NCBI GenBank assembly: GCA_965603825.1
Contig: CBFDEM010000051.1
Coordinates: 682,001-746,000, forward strand
DNA from: Blepharisma stoltei ATCC 30299
Lineage: Eukaryota; Protista; Ciliophora
Length of the DNA stretch: 64,000 nucleotides
Direction of reading: 5' to 3'
Below, in pieces: positions 12,814 through 24,651 of the stretch. How positions within the stretch are numbered: position 1 is the first letter of the stretch; the number at the start of each line of letters is the position of its first letter. The notes below the pieces were generated by a model. The model ran no database searches. It was not told where the DNA came from and saw only the letters and a program-made list of their open reading frames with translations. The position numbers and the translations under genes were made by a program.

Positions 12814-13320
12814 ATGCAATCTGGACAATCATCAACTTGTCCTTGCTCAAGCTATCAATTGGGTAATGGAATATGTGATAAAAAATGCAATACTCATGAA
12901 TGTGAATGAGACAATGGTGATTGCAATTCGTCTCACTCCTCCTCTTCAATTATTACCTATGTCATAATAATGACAACGTTTTTATTTTTCCTTATAGCGG
13001 CTGTGTAAAATTAATTTAGAGCTTTCATTTATTTAATGAAGCGCTATAAAAGACGGATCTCAAAGGTTTCTCCAGAAATTCTAGAAAACTATGAGTTTGT
13101 TGCAAAATTTGCAACAAAGGCATTAATATCATTTTCAGTTCAAACTGAAGATGAAACGCGCGATTGCAATGCAATTTGCGCAATCTGTTTAGAAGTACTC
13201 CAAAAAGGAGATATTAAATTAATTACCAGCTGTTCGCATGAGTTTCACGCAGAGTGTATTGATCAGTGGCTTAAATGATCAGAAAAGAAATGATGTCCTT
13301 GCTGTAAGCAGGAAATTTAA
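12814..13320 (+). CDS. LNR-TM-RING-H2 protein, copy C; intron 13005-13019; three TGA=Trp (alternative in-frame ATG at 12772)
   Basis: CPCSSYQLGNGICDKKCNTHECE-W-DNGDC, TM, CAICLEVLQKGDIKLITSCSHEFHAECIDQWLK-W-SEKK-W-CPCC. Confidence 0.85.
13005..13019 (+). other. 15-nt intron (gtaaaattaatttag)
   Basis: Phase-2 intron in the TM segment; removes an in-frame TAA. Confidence 0.88.
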
Positions 13321-13597
13321 TAATTAATCTTTCTTCCTAATTAGGAATTTTATAACTTTTTAAGTATTCATTTTGATTTTATACGACAGTTCAAAATGGC
13401 AATATTAATTATACTTTTTCTCTAATATCGATTAAAAATTCATTTTTTGTATTAATAAGTTCATTTTATACTATAGAACATCATATATGTTAGCTTATAA
13501 ATTTTTTAAAATAAGTTATCAAGATTTCCTTATCAATTCTGACATTTACAATTTTTTATAAATTTGCACTAAATATTTTCAACTTTCAAGAAAATAA

Positions 13598-14179
13598 ATG
13601 GGACATAAATTAATTTTTCTCTTAGTCCTATTCCCCTATTTTTCAGCACAGCGAGATCATTTTAATTGTCCTTGCTCAGACACATTATTAAATAACAAAT
13701 ACTGTAATTCAGAATGCAATATAAGAGCTTGTAATTGAGACTATGGTGACTGTGACTCCGAAGGCAGTTCAGAAATGTTGGAAGCTATTATAATTATCGC
13801 TATCATCGGTGGCCTATTAATTTTTATGTAATTACTATTTAGATTTTGTGCATGTTTTATTACTTCAAGATTAAGATTATTTGAAAATTTACGTGGAGCT
13901 ACTATAAATCCTGTTAATATAAACGACACAACTTTTACACAACAAAATGCAGCAAATGAAGCCGTTTTCGCAATTTTTTCAGAGAAAACAAAATACTTAG
14001 GACAGCCAATCTGCGCAATTTGTCTTATGGAATTTCAAAGAGGAGATCCTATTAGAATCACAAAATGTTTGCATCTTTTTCATAATGAGTGCATAGAAAA
14101 ATGAATGCTGGCAGCTCCAAATCCTAAATGTCCTGATTGCAACAAAGAGTGCACGCTTCAAAGCAGTTTTTATCAATAA
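13598..14179 (+). CDS. Signal peptide-LNR-TM-RING-H2 protein, copy D; intron 13828-13842
   Basis: MGHKLIFLLVLFPYFSAQ, CPCSDTLLNNKYCNSECNIRACN-W-DYGDC, TM, CAICLMEFQRGDPIRITKCLHLFHNECIEK-W-MLAAPNPKCPDC. Absent from the ORF track. Confidence 0.88.
13828..13842 (+). other. 15-nt intron (gtaattactatttag)
   Basis: Phase-2 intron in the TM segment; removes an in-frame TAA. Confidence 0.88.
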
Positions 14180-14739
14180 AAAAATAAGACAAAGGTAGAA
14201 ATCAAATTTTGAATTTAAATTTAGTATAATTATTAGGAGCAGTTTGTTTATTGTATTTAAGTAGTCAAAAATACATGATGCAGAGCCATCTTAAGTAAAT
14301 TGCTAGGAAAATTAGCCTTTGCTTTTTCTTATAGGATTTAATTAAAATCTCTTGTGATAGAAAAACTGCTTAATCAGATTCAATATAAAATATCAATAAA
14401 AATTAATTTTGTAATATTATTTCTAATCTTGCATAAATTCATTTCTCTGACCTTTTTTTCTAATGACGTATACCATAATTATTTATGATTTTATTGCTAT
14501 CGGTCTCTTGTCATGCTAGCTATAAGAAAATTCAAATGTAAAAGTTTTTTAAAAATTATTTAAATGAGCTTCTTTTTCCAATAATAATATTTTGGAAAAT
14601 CCTGGCATTTGCATGCTTTGCTGGATTAAATACTTGAAAATAAAAAGCTCTTTTGGACTAATTAAAGTGCTTGCATTTTAAACTATATCGTATCGATAGA
14701 GCAATAGTTATGATTATAAAAAATCTTTTAATAAATAAA

Positions 14740-15312
14740 ATGGCTAATTCTCTTATCATAATGCTGGCTTTACTGCCAATTTCAATTTCCCAATACTCAT
14801 ATTCCAACTGTCCTTGCTCAACAGAACAGTTGCATAATAAAAAATGTGATCAAGAATGTAATACCAGTGACTGCAATTGAGATAATGATGAGTGCTCGTC
14901 TAATGGAGGCTTTGAATATGTCCAAATGATGGTGATTCTTGGTGCTGCTGTTGGATTTATTGCAACATTGTAAATTTTATTTAGCTTATTTTTATGCTTT
15001 GTTTCAGTAAGGCTAAAATTATTCAGCAATCTAAGAAGCTTAGGACCTACCAACCCTTCAGAAAATCACGTAACAAAGGAACAAATAACTGAAGAGGTTC
15101 CACCTATGAATTTTTCAGAAGATACAAAGTACTCTGGGGAGCCAGTTTGCACTATCTGCCTTACTGATTTCAAAAATGGTGACGTGGTTAGGATAACCAA
15201 GTGTATGCATATTTTTCATTCAAAATGCATAGAGGAATGGCTGCTTTCTACGAATCATCCAAAATGTCCTGATTGCAACAAAATTTATGTTTTTCATGAG
15301 TTTTTTCAGTAA
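14740..15312 (+). CDS. Signal peptide-LNR-TM-RING-H2 protein, copy E; intron 14970-14984
   Basis: MANSLIIMLALLPISISQ, CPCSTEQLHNKKCDQECNTSDCN-W-DNDEC, TM, CTICLTDFKNGDVVRITKCMHIFHSKCIEEWLLSTNHPKCPDC. Confidence 0.88.
14970..14984 (+). other. 15-nt intron (gtaaattttatttag)
   Basis: Phase-2 intron in the TM segment; removes an in-frame TAA. Confidence 0.88.
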
Positions 15313-16035
15313 ATTGATCGGTATAATAATTATAGATATAGTAATGAAAGAATAAAATCAGCATAGTTTTAATGATAATCTTTAAAACATTAGAAATAAG
15401 CCTCAAATGCTTTCAATTTTTTATTTTTCAATTATCGTGCAGACCCTTTAGATTCTTTAAAGATGTAGCTCAAAAGGGAAAATGGCTTATAAAAAGCATT
15501 TTTGCAAACAAACTAAAGTTAAATTTGGTAAATCTGAGATCTATTTATATTTGCCAATTTTGTTTTGAAAATAACTATTTTTCTTTATGGCTTTTCCTAT
15601 AAGAATTCAAACAAAGATTTGAACTATAAATAATTATATGCTAGTTAATTTTTCGGATGCGCATATGAAAGCTTATAATCATCAGAAAGTAACTTTTTCA
15701 TTAAGATGCTCATATACATAAAATTTTGTGTTTAAAATGAATAATTCTTATTCCATAAAACTAATTTATCCTTTTATGAGCTTCCTACAAATATTCGCAT
15801 GAAAATTGGATTACGAATAATTCATACCCTTTTGAGGTTAGAGTTGCCTTATAAATTTCAAGATGTCCAAAATATGAAATTTTCTCCATCTTAAATAGCG
15901 CAAATAATAATTTTTTTGAAATTCTCACCCTGCCATTGTTTAAAAATCAGCATTTGATATTTAATAAAGAGTAAAAATTTTTTAAAATTCAACATAGATT
16001 TCCTTAAATAAATGTGGATCTGAGCTCAATATAAA

Positions 16036-16623
16036 ATGGTGTTAAATTTTATTTTCCTATTAGTCTTACCCCACATATCTTTTCAGCAATCAGTTTTATC
16101 TGGTTGTCCTTGTACTTATGAACAGCTCCACAATAAAAAGTGCGATGATGAATGTGATATAGATGAATGTGATTTCGACAATGGAAGTTGTGATTCTTCT
16201 AGCAAAGACTTCAGCTATCTTGACGTCATCATTATTTCGTGCAGCACAGTTGGAGTTATAACAATTTTGTAATATTTATTTAGAGCTGTTTGCTGCTATC
16301 TATCAACTAAAATCAATTTTTGGGATTGAATTAACAATATACGAAGGCATATAATTCCAGACAATGACGGAGATCATCACATAACGAAGCGGCAATTACA
16401 TCAAGAAGCTTCATTATTTATATATACAGAAAATGTTCAGTTTGTAGGAGAGCCTACTTGTGCAATTTGCCTTATGGATTTTAAAAGGAATGATAGTGTG
16501 AGAATTACAAAATGCAAGCATATGTTTCATATGAATTGCATAGAACAATGGCTGGTCACAGCCAGACGTCCAAAGTGTCCTGATTGCAATAAAGAGTACA
16601 TTTCTAACGAGTTTTTTGAATAA
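16036..16623 (+). CDS. Signal peptide-LNR-TM-RING-H2 protein, copy F; intron 16269-16283
   Basis: MVLNFIFLLVLPHISFQQ, CPCTYEQLHNKKCDDECDIDECDFDNGSC, TM, CAICLMDFKRNDSVRITKCKHMFHMNCIEQWLVTARRPKCPDC. Confidence 0.88.
16269..16283 (+). other. 15-nt intron (gtaatatttatttag)
   Basis: Phase-2 intron in the TM segment; removes an in-frame TAA. Confidence 0.88.
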
Positions 16624-17360
16624 CAACTATGTCACTACCAATTTTTAAGAAATTCTAAATCGAATTTTTATTTAAAATTTATTATATATTATCTGTAAAA
16701 TTTTTTATGTTTTATAAACAGTCGATTTATCTGCTAATCGATTATGTGAGAAAAACAAAACGTCGGGTGCCACATTTTCAATATTAAGCAATGAATATCA
16801 AATATGGAATAGTAAAAAAATATATCATCAGATTTTAGTTTCTGCAGGCATTTGCCTTATGGAATTAAATTGCTATTGACTTCTATTTATTGGTAGAGAA
16901 AGGCTATAAATAGATGTACTTAAAAAAAAAAATTGGATTAAGTAAAGGATTTATTGGAAAATAAAAATTGCGAATGGATTTTGGATATGCATTTTAAAGT
17001 CTTTATTTATAATCCCTCAAGAAATTATATTATAATATATCAGATGTGTGAAAAATGATATGAAGCACTCTCTCCACCTCCCATATATCCCCTAGTGATT
17101 ACATATATAAGAAAAATTAAAAAATCAATCTGGTATGCCAAATAATAACGGTGAATTTGCCAATGCATTTTTGCATTTAATAAAACATAAAACCTTCAGA
17201 TATATTATTATAAGTACATTTAGACTCAAAATAATCCATATTTTCCGCGCTCTATAAAAATGTTCACTAAATTAATCCTAATAAATGAATCATTTATATA
17301 TACCAATCCTTTATATATTGTTTAAAAGTTTAATATTTTAGATTTAATTCAGCTAAACTC

Positions 17361-18479
17361 TTACACATAGCGCTCAGAAAAATTATTTGGATTATTCAAA
17401 GTTCTCTCATAGTCAATCTTTTTTCAGTTGATTATCTTGAATACTATGAGCGGAATGACAAAACTAATGACAAACCCACTAATAAAACGAATTATACTAA
17501 AACATATAAAGGTTGTAAGGAAATCTCCATATGTTTTTGTAAGGTATTCTAAGCATTGATCTATTATCAAAGCTGGGATAAAAAACAAAGTCCCATAAAT
17601 GAAGGTCTTTCATGTATAGGAAGCAGGAATTTGGGTCAAAAAATGTTTTCCTACCCAAAATCCAGCTAAAAACAGTATAAAAGTAGACTCTCTGCAGGCT
17701 TCTCTCATAGAATCAGTTTTGGTCAAATCTCCGCTGCAATCAGATGAAAAGTTATTGCTTCAATCTTTATCCCAATCAGGATCTCTATACAAATATAATA
17801 ATATTCCCCACATCCATAAAATCCCAAATACAAAATTTACTATCAAAACAAATTTTTTATCTCCAAAACTTCTTTTGATATATCCTCTAATTTTGTCATT
17901 TAATAATAAAAACGCAATACAAAATCCCATAATATTCCCATGAATGACTTGAAAATAGAAATGAACTCCGACATAAACTCTATCAAAATCTACCAAAACT
18001 ATAATAATAGCTCCAATTGAAACAGCAAGCGCTTTTTCTTTATTATTTTTCACAAATTCTCCAGCAAAATATCCTACAACAGCTGCAACCATAAGTGCGT
18101 GTCCTGAAGGAGCTCCCCAGCCTCTTCCACAAATAATCCCTTCGACGTCAGAGTTTCACCAAAAAGGCCTCGGATGCGAATAATGCATTTTCATAATATC
18201 GCTCATTCACAAAGCCAGCACTTCAGAAATAATTGCAAACGTGCCTATTTTATGGTCAATAGATGTATAACAAAACATTCCAGAAATAAGTAAAATATAC
18301 ATAGAGTAGGTAGAAATAATTTTAAAAATCTCGTTTGTGCTGCTTCTATTATTAGACTGAATTAAGGTAGTAAAATCAGCGCCGGAATTTTGCAATTTTT
18401 CTGTAAGTGTAGCTTCTATAATGCAACAAATAAGTGCCAGCACACACAAGACGGCTGGCAGGATATTTTGTAATATCAT
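17361..18479 (-). CDS. PAP2-family membrane phosphatase (G6Pase/lipid-phosphate phosphatase-like), 372 aa with several TGA=Trp
   Basis: KMHYSHPRPFW (Kx6RP), GAPSGH, DRVYVGVHFYFQV; multiple TM helices; single frame to TAA at 17361. Confidence 0.88.
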
Positions 18480-18542
18480 ATATTTATTATTGATTTATTT
18501 GCTAAATTTTGCTCATATTTTCGCTGTTAATTAATAAAAAGA

Positions 18543-20219
18543 ATGGTCAAAGCTCAAATTGTGAGAAATAAAAACATTCGTTTTGATCCTCTGAAGACTG
18601 AGATCCCTGTGAGTAGGAAGGGATTGAAAGGATACGTAATTCATATTTAGCTGCGAAGCTCGTCTGTGAGAGAAAGGGAAATTGGGTGCATAGCTGTTGC
18701 AAACATTAAAAAAACCCATGATATGAAAATTATCAAGCTTATAGTCGAAAAAATTTCTGACAGCTGCCTATTTGTTAAGCTTGCTGCCTTGCAGGCAGCA
18801 ATTTCCTTATCGCAAGAACATTCCGACGATTTTTTGCGGTTGGGAGTGCTAAATTTAATTGATCCTATACTAAGCCAGCATTTCTTAGCGGATTCAAAAA
18901 TGCCAAGTTCCAAACAAGAAAGAAAATTAATCATTTCAATTGTACAGAATTCTTTATATTTACTGGAGTCTCTCTGCCAAGTAAACTTGGCTTTTTTTGA
19001 CTCTTTTCAAGACTCTCCAATTATTCCGCGATGCTTAGAAGTTGTCTTAGCAAAAAATAAAAACTACATGGTCCCGTGCTTAGAGCTTTTAAATACTTTT
19101 GCTGAAGAAAATGAGCAAGCTTTTGAATTAATTGAAGACAATTTTGAAGAATTATACCAGCTAACTACCTACGATGATTTAACTCGAGATGTTAAAATGA
19201 ACATTATTTTGCTAATATCAAGCGTTTGTATACCAAGCAAACAAAAGCAAATGATAGGAGAATACGTCATATTTCCATGCTGGCAAAATTTAGTATTCAA
19301 TCCTTACAGCGAATTAGTCAATGAAGTTATACCTTCACTTAATAAAAAATCAAAAAACAGTTATTTTGACGCTTGAAAAAGCTGTGTAAAAGCCCAAGAA
19401 ATTACGCTGAAGATTATAACTAATTTGCTAGCTGTCGAAAACGAGGAAACTCCAATTGGGAGCTATTTTATAAATAATAGCATGGTAAACGATATAGTGA
19501 GAATTGCTAGTGGGTTATTAGAAGATGTTGATATCGGCTTTGAAGCGTTTCCTGATATTTTATGCTCTGTTTTTGAGCTTCAATGCGCAGCCTTTTATTG
19601 TCTACAAAATTTAATAATCAATACTGATTATCTGATCCGTGTCGTCAGGCCAAAAGACTTTTGGGAATTTTTATTTAATCAGATAAGGAAAATATCATGC
19701 ATTTTTCAAGAACAAACTGATTGGAAAGAAACTGCAGAAGAGCTTTTAGACACAATTATCAAAGTTTTGCTTTGTTTCAGCAAAAAATATGGGAATTTAA
19801 TTGTAAGATTTATTTAGACTGGCAAAAATTATTATGTATCAGAACTTTGCAATCTAATAGCTCATCTCCCTGGCTTGCTACCTTGCAGCTTGATAGGCAC
19901 TTTAACGATATGTGCAAATGAAGGAATTACTTCAGATCAAGCAAGAATAATTTTTAATGCATTATTTTTATGCACAGTAAATGAAGATTTCACAACAATT
20001 ATTGAAGTAATGAATCTTATGTATGACGTTTTTGATGACGAAAGATTTGATAATGTATTGACTGAGCTGAGGATATTGCAAATGATGAAAGTTGGCTTAG
20101 AAATGCTGCGCATAAGAACAAGCAAAATTATAGATAAAGATTTGAGAGCAAGGGGAGAGGAAGCAGTTGAAAATTCTGTTGCCTTTATTAAATATAAAGA
20201 GTTGCATGGAGTTAACTAG
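18543..20219 (+). CDS. ARM/HEAT repeat protein, HEATR3/Syo1-like; introns 18636-18650 and 19803-19817, TGA=Trp at 19374-19376
   Basis: Basic N-terminus (MVKAQIVRNKNIRFDPL), helical repeats, AQEITLKIITNL, C-terminal ENSVAFIKYK; three ORFs join in one frame. Confidence 0.7.
18636..18650 (+). other. 15-nt intron (gtaattcatatttag)
   Basis: Phase 0; links ATG 18543 to ORF 18666. Confidence 0.8.
19803..19817 (+). other. 15-nt intron (gtaagatttatttag)
   Basis: Phase 0; its terminal TAG is the apparent stop of ORF 19425..19817. Confidence 0.85.
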
Positions 20220-20402
20220 TAACGAACTTTTACTGTATTAGCTTTTATTTATAATATATTTTTGCTCGACTAATTTCTTATGTTTTTTTCTGTCTTATTT
20301 AGGATTTGATTTTTAACAAAATTCTTGAAAATCAATAATTAAAACTTAGACATATATAAATTATTTTTAAAATTAAATATATCAATACCTATTAAATTAT
20401 CT

Positions 20403-21428
20403 TTACTGTCCTATGGTCACTCCCATTCCGAATTTTTGATCATTTTTGGCTAAATCTGCATCAGCTGAGAAGCTCACTCTTAAAATAGGGTTAATCACTT
20501 GAGTGATTGACATCGAAAGTTTTCCAGACCCTGTTATTTGAGCATTAAGTTTCGCTCTTGAAAATCTCACTCCGATTCCACCTGAAAACTCATATTTTCT
20601 TTCCATATTCATATTGCTGATCTCAGTGGTATAAGTAACATTTGGGCTAGCCTTTATAACAGCTCCGAAGTTAGATGATTGAAAAGGAGCATAATGCTGA
20701 AAATAATATGATGCTGGACCCCAAGTAAATTTCCCTCCGTAACTGAAATCGATAGACTGACGAGGCTTTGTCATAGTCGAAACTTCAAATCCTAATTGAA
20801 GATTTTTATGTAAGCTCTGCATGTAATTATAAGAGAACTGGTCTCCTTTAATTCCAAGCTTGACCCCAGCTACGTAGTCTTCTCCTTGCTTTTCAGCTTC
20901 TAGAAGCACTTGAGACTCATTTATATTAGATGAAGCATATTGAGCTTGTAATCGGTATTCCATATCATAATTTCCTTTTGTTATAAATCTTATGTCTTGC
21001 CTTCCAGTTCCAGGAGATACTTTAGCAACCATAACTGGGTTTGGTGTGACCATATCATAAGGATTAGTCATCTGGCCTCCAACAAACATAAAATTCGCTT
21101 CATAATTGCCTCCTTGGCCATTTGGCAGCACCACTGTGTTTTGGATTTGCAGATGCTGAGAAAGGCCAACAGCCACGTCTACCTTGACACCGTCTATTGA
21201 CTCGACCATGGTGGCAATTTTAAGAGGCTGCATCAAGGCTTCAAAACTTGAAGGGCGCAATGGGTGCTTACGCTGTTGTTCAATAAGGGCAGGGTTATCA
21301 CTTTCATCTAAAATGATAGGCTCTTCAGCGTCCTTTTTAGTGCTGTCTGAAGGAGTCGGTTCAGGCTCTGGAGTGCTGCAGTTTGAGTAAAATAAAAGGT
21401 CTTTAAGTTTACCGAAGTGCCCAGACAT
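20403..21428 (-). CDS. TOM40: Mitochondrial outer-membrane translocase Tom40 (porin-3 family)
   Basis: PSSFEAL helix, alternating beta-strand pattern, NYMQS...LQLGFE, C-terminal beta-signal KFGMGVTIG. Confidence 0.85.
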   Translation of the reverse strand: MSGHFGKLKDLLFYSNCSTPEPEPTPSDSTKKDAEEPIILDESDNPALIEQQRKHPLRPSSFEALMQPLKIATMVESIDGVKVDVAVGLSQHLQIQNTVVLPNGQGGNYEANFMFVGGQMTNPYDMVTPNPVMVAKVSPGTGRQDIRFITKGNYDMEYRLQAQYASSNINESQVLLEAEKQGEDYVAGVKLGIKGDQFSYNYMQSLHKNLQLGFEVSTMTKPRQSIDFSYGGKFTWGPASYYFQHYAPFQSSNFGAVIKASPNVTYTTEISNMNMERKYEFSGGIGVRFSRAKLNAQITGSGKLSMSITQVINPILRVSFSADADLAKNDQKFGMGVTIGQ

Positions 21429-21705
21429 TTTATACCGCAGAATAAAATTGATTAAAATTTAGCATAAAATTAAGCTGGCCTATAAATTTCAACAAAATAC
21501 ATTAAATTTTATTAAAAGGCTAAAAAATTATATTTTTAGGACTTTAAACTTGCTATTTTGGATATACCAATATAAAACTTGATAATTTTTTCTTGTTTAG
21601 ACATAGACAATTAAAAGTAATCCAGGGATTTGAGTAAAATAATATTTAATCATAATTTAGATGCAAAAAATGTTTTTAATCACATAATTTTATTTATAAA
21701 GGTAA

Positions 21706-23091
21706 ATGGAGAGTAATACTTATGAAAACTATCAAAAATTGAAACAGATGCTCATAGAAGCTGATCAACAAGTTCTTAACACTCCACAGCCTAGTACTCT
21801 TGAACTTAAAGCTAGCCAAAACTTCAATCTTTTGAAGCTTGATTTTTCTTTACAATTCACAACTGACGACATGCTTGATTATTGAAACATCATCGATTCT
21901 GTCAAAAATACCAAGCTTTTCCAAGTCCTTAAGCTTATGCCAAAAGGGGCTCTGCATCATTTACACATTGGCGGGATTTTAACACCAGAAGATTTCTTAT
22001 CATTATTAAAAAATGACTCTGATGTCCATGTAAATCTCGTTGAAAATAGAATTTATTTTTCCCCAATTTTTAAAGAAAATTTTATTCCAGTTAAAGAATT
22101 TTTGGCTTGTGAGAGCAATGAAAGCATTATACTTGATGCTATGAGAATGACAAGAGAAAAGTCAGTTGGGACGCCAGATCAGAGATGATTGAATTTTGAA
22201 CAAATTTTTATATCTACTAGTGCTGTATTCGGCGAAAAAAGAATATGAGAAAACTATTTATCACTAGGATTATCACAATTATATGAAGAAAATCTTCAAA
22301 GGGTTGAATTTCGAAGTATGATAGGAATTGGCGAGATGACAGACGGAGATAAATTCATAACAATTGAGGAAGAAATCGCTAATTTACAAAAAATTACTGA
22401 CGATTTTTCCAGAGAGCATCCTGATTTTTCTTGTGGACTTATTTTGACTGCTCACAAATTATTTCCAAAAGAAAAAACTATTAATGAGGCTAAAAAAGTC
22501 TTTGAATTCCATACAGAAAAACCTGAATTTGTATTAGGATTTGACATTGTAGGTGAGGAAGATAAGTATAACCCAGATGAAGAGATATACGCAAGCATTT
22601 ATCAATTAAAGCATGAAACTAATAGGGATTGTCCTATGTTTTTCCATTCTGGAGAAGTTATTAGCAAAAATGCTCCATCGCTTTATGATGTTATTTTGCT
22701 AGACACACAAAGGATAGGCCATGGTATTGATTTAATTAAGTACCCAAGTTTAATAGAAATTGTGAAAAACAAAAAAATCACCATTGAAGTTTGCCCTATC
22801 AGTAATATGGTCCTTGGCTATGTAAGAGACTTAAGATCACACCCAGCACTAGCATATTTTTATAATGGAATACAAATTTCTATAAGTTCTGATGTTCCTG
22901 GACTTTTTGGGTACAAAGGAGTTACCCATGACTGGCTCTGAATATGCATGCTCTGGAATATTGATTTAATGCAAATCAAAAAAATAGCTGAAAACAGTAT
23001 TGACGGGTGCACAGAGCCAGTCAGAACAAGAAGAGTGTGGCAAGAAAAATGGGAAGAATTTATTACATATTTAGCAGATTTAGATATTTAA
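21706..23091 (+). CDS. ADGF/ADA2-type adenosine deaminase-like protein, copy 1 (four TGA=Trp)
   Basis: MPKGALHHLH, GFDIVGEE, HSGE, RIGHG, EVCPISN, SSDVPG; co-linear with copies 2 and 3. Confidence 0.88.
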
Positions 23092-23121
23092 TGATAAATA
23101 AGTTAGGCTTATTATTGCATT

Positions 23122-24498
23122 ATGGAGGAATACTTCAGGCTAAGAAATGACCTTATCCGCAGTGATTCTACTTCACTCGGCTTAAGCCAGCCAAGTGAGC
23201 TTGAAGCTCTTGCAAGCTCAAAGCTAAATCTTCTCAGAGAAGAATTTTCATCAAGATTTTCAATTGATGATATGCTTGATTTCTGGGGAATAAAAGACAG
23301 GGTTATAAGTACAAGACTATTCCAGACACTTAAAAAAATGCCTAAAGGGGCTGTCCTTCATTTACATTATGGTGGAACTTTGCCTGCTACTGAAGTGCTG
23401 CCTCTATTAAAGCATGATCCACAAATTTATATAAAAATAGAAGGTGGCCAAATCACTACATATGGAAGTTATCAAGAAAATGCAACCCAATTATCAGAAT
23501 TTTTATCAAATCCAGATAATGAGCAACTATTTGTTACAGCGATAGAAATGAATCGTGAAAAATCGTTTGGGCTTCCAAGCCAAAGATGGACACATTTTGA
23601 AGGGATTTTTACAGCTACGCTTCTTTATACATATACTGAAAAAAGAATTTATGAAAAATATTTAGAAATTTTCTTCACAAAATTTTATGAAGAAAATATT
23701 CAAAGAATCGAATATCGCCACATGCCATTTGCGATGAAAGACCTTGGACGGACAATTTTTATTGATGAAGAAATGGATTTTATTAAAGGACTCTGTGATA
23801 AATTTTCATCAGCCCATCCTGATTTTTCTTCTGGAACAATATTATCTACACACAAAGCATTTTCCAAAGAAAGAATTATATCAGAAGGTGAAGAAATTTA
23901 TAGGCTTCATTTAAAATACCCCAGATTTGTACTAGGATTTGATATTCTTGGAGAAGAAGAAACATATAAAGAAGACGAAGAAATCTATGCGGCCATTCAT
24001 GTAATAAGACAAAAAGCAAAGGAAAGCGGGAACGATTTTCCTATGTACATTCATGCTGGAGAAGTAGTAAGTAAGCCAGCGCCAATAATCTATGATGCTT
24101 TTGCTTTGGAAACAAAAAGATTAGCCCATGGAATTTCACTTATAAAGCACCCTCATTTGATGGAAATTGCAAAGGAAAAAAAGATTACTATTGAAGCCTG
24201 CCCAATTAGTAATATGCTGCTTGGATATGTAAGAGATCCCAGAATCCATCCAGCCTTAGCTTATTTGTTTCAAGGGCTACCAGTGACTATTAGTTCTGAT
24301 GACCCTGGATTGTTTGGATATTGTGGAGTAACACATGACTGGGTTTGGATATATGTGCTGTGGGGTATAGATTTAATGCATCTAAAGAAGCTTGTGGAAT
24401 ATAGTATTGATGGATGCACTGAGCCTGAAGAAGTGAGACGAGCTTGGGAGCCTAAATGGCAGGAATTTATTCAATATTTAGCTAATTTAGAAATATAG
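23122..24498 (+). CDS. ADGF/ADA2-type adenosine deaminase-like protein, copy 2
   Basis: MPKGAVLHLH, GFDILGEE, HAGE, RLAHG, EACPISN, SSDDPG. Confidence 0.92.
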   Translation: MEEYFRLRNDLIRSDSTSLGLSQPSELEALASSKLNLLREEFSSRFSIDDMLDFWGIKDRVISTRLFQTLKKMPKGAVLHLHYGGTLPATEVLPLLKHDPQIYIKIEGGQITTYGSYQENATQLSEFLSNPDNEQLFVTAIEMNREKSFGLPSQRWTHFEGIFTATLLYTYTEKRIYEKYLEIFFTKFYEENIQRIEYRHMPFAMKDLGRTIFIDEEMDFIKGLCDKFSSAHPDFSSGTILSTHKAFSKERIISEGEEIYRLHLKYPRFVLGFDILGEEETYKEDEEIYAAIHVIRQKAKESGNDFPMYIHAGEVVSKPAPIIYDAFALETKRLAHGISLIKHPHLMEIAKEKKITIEACPISNMLLGYVRDPRIHPALAYLFQGLPVTISSDDPGLFGYCGVTHDWVWIYVLWGIDLMHLKKLVEYSIDGCTEPEEVRRAWEPKWQEFIQYLANLEI

Positions 24499-24651
24499 TT
24501 AAACTTTTATAAACTGTCTTATAACGATAAGGCCAATAAAAACTATAAGAATTTAAGAGATTTATAGGAAATTAAAGCAATCTAATAGTACATTAGCTAT
24601 TTTTACTTCAAAACATAAATTTTCTTAGGAAGTTAAACTATTCACACAAAT

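Noticed and set aside
15372-15602. 76-aa ORF inside the RING array spacer
   Set aside because: F/K/I-rich composition typical of AT-rich non-coding DNA; no similarity to the array genes.
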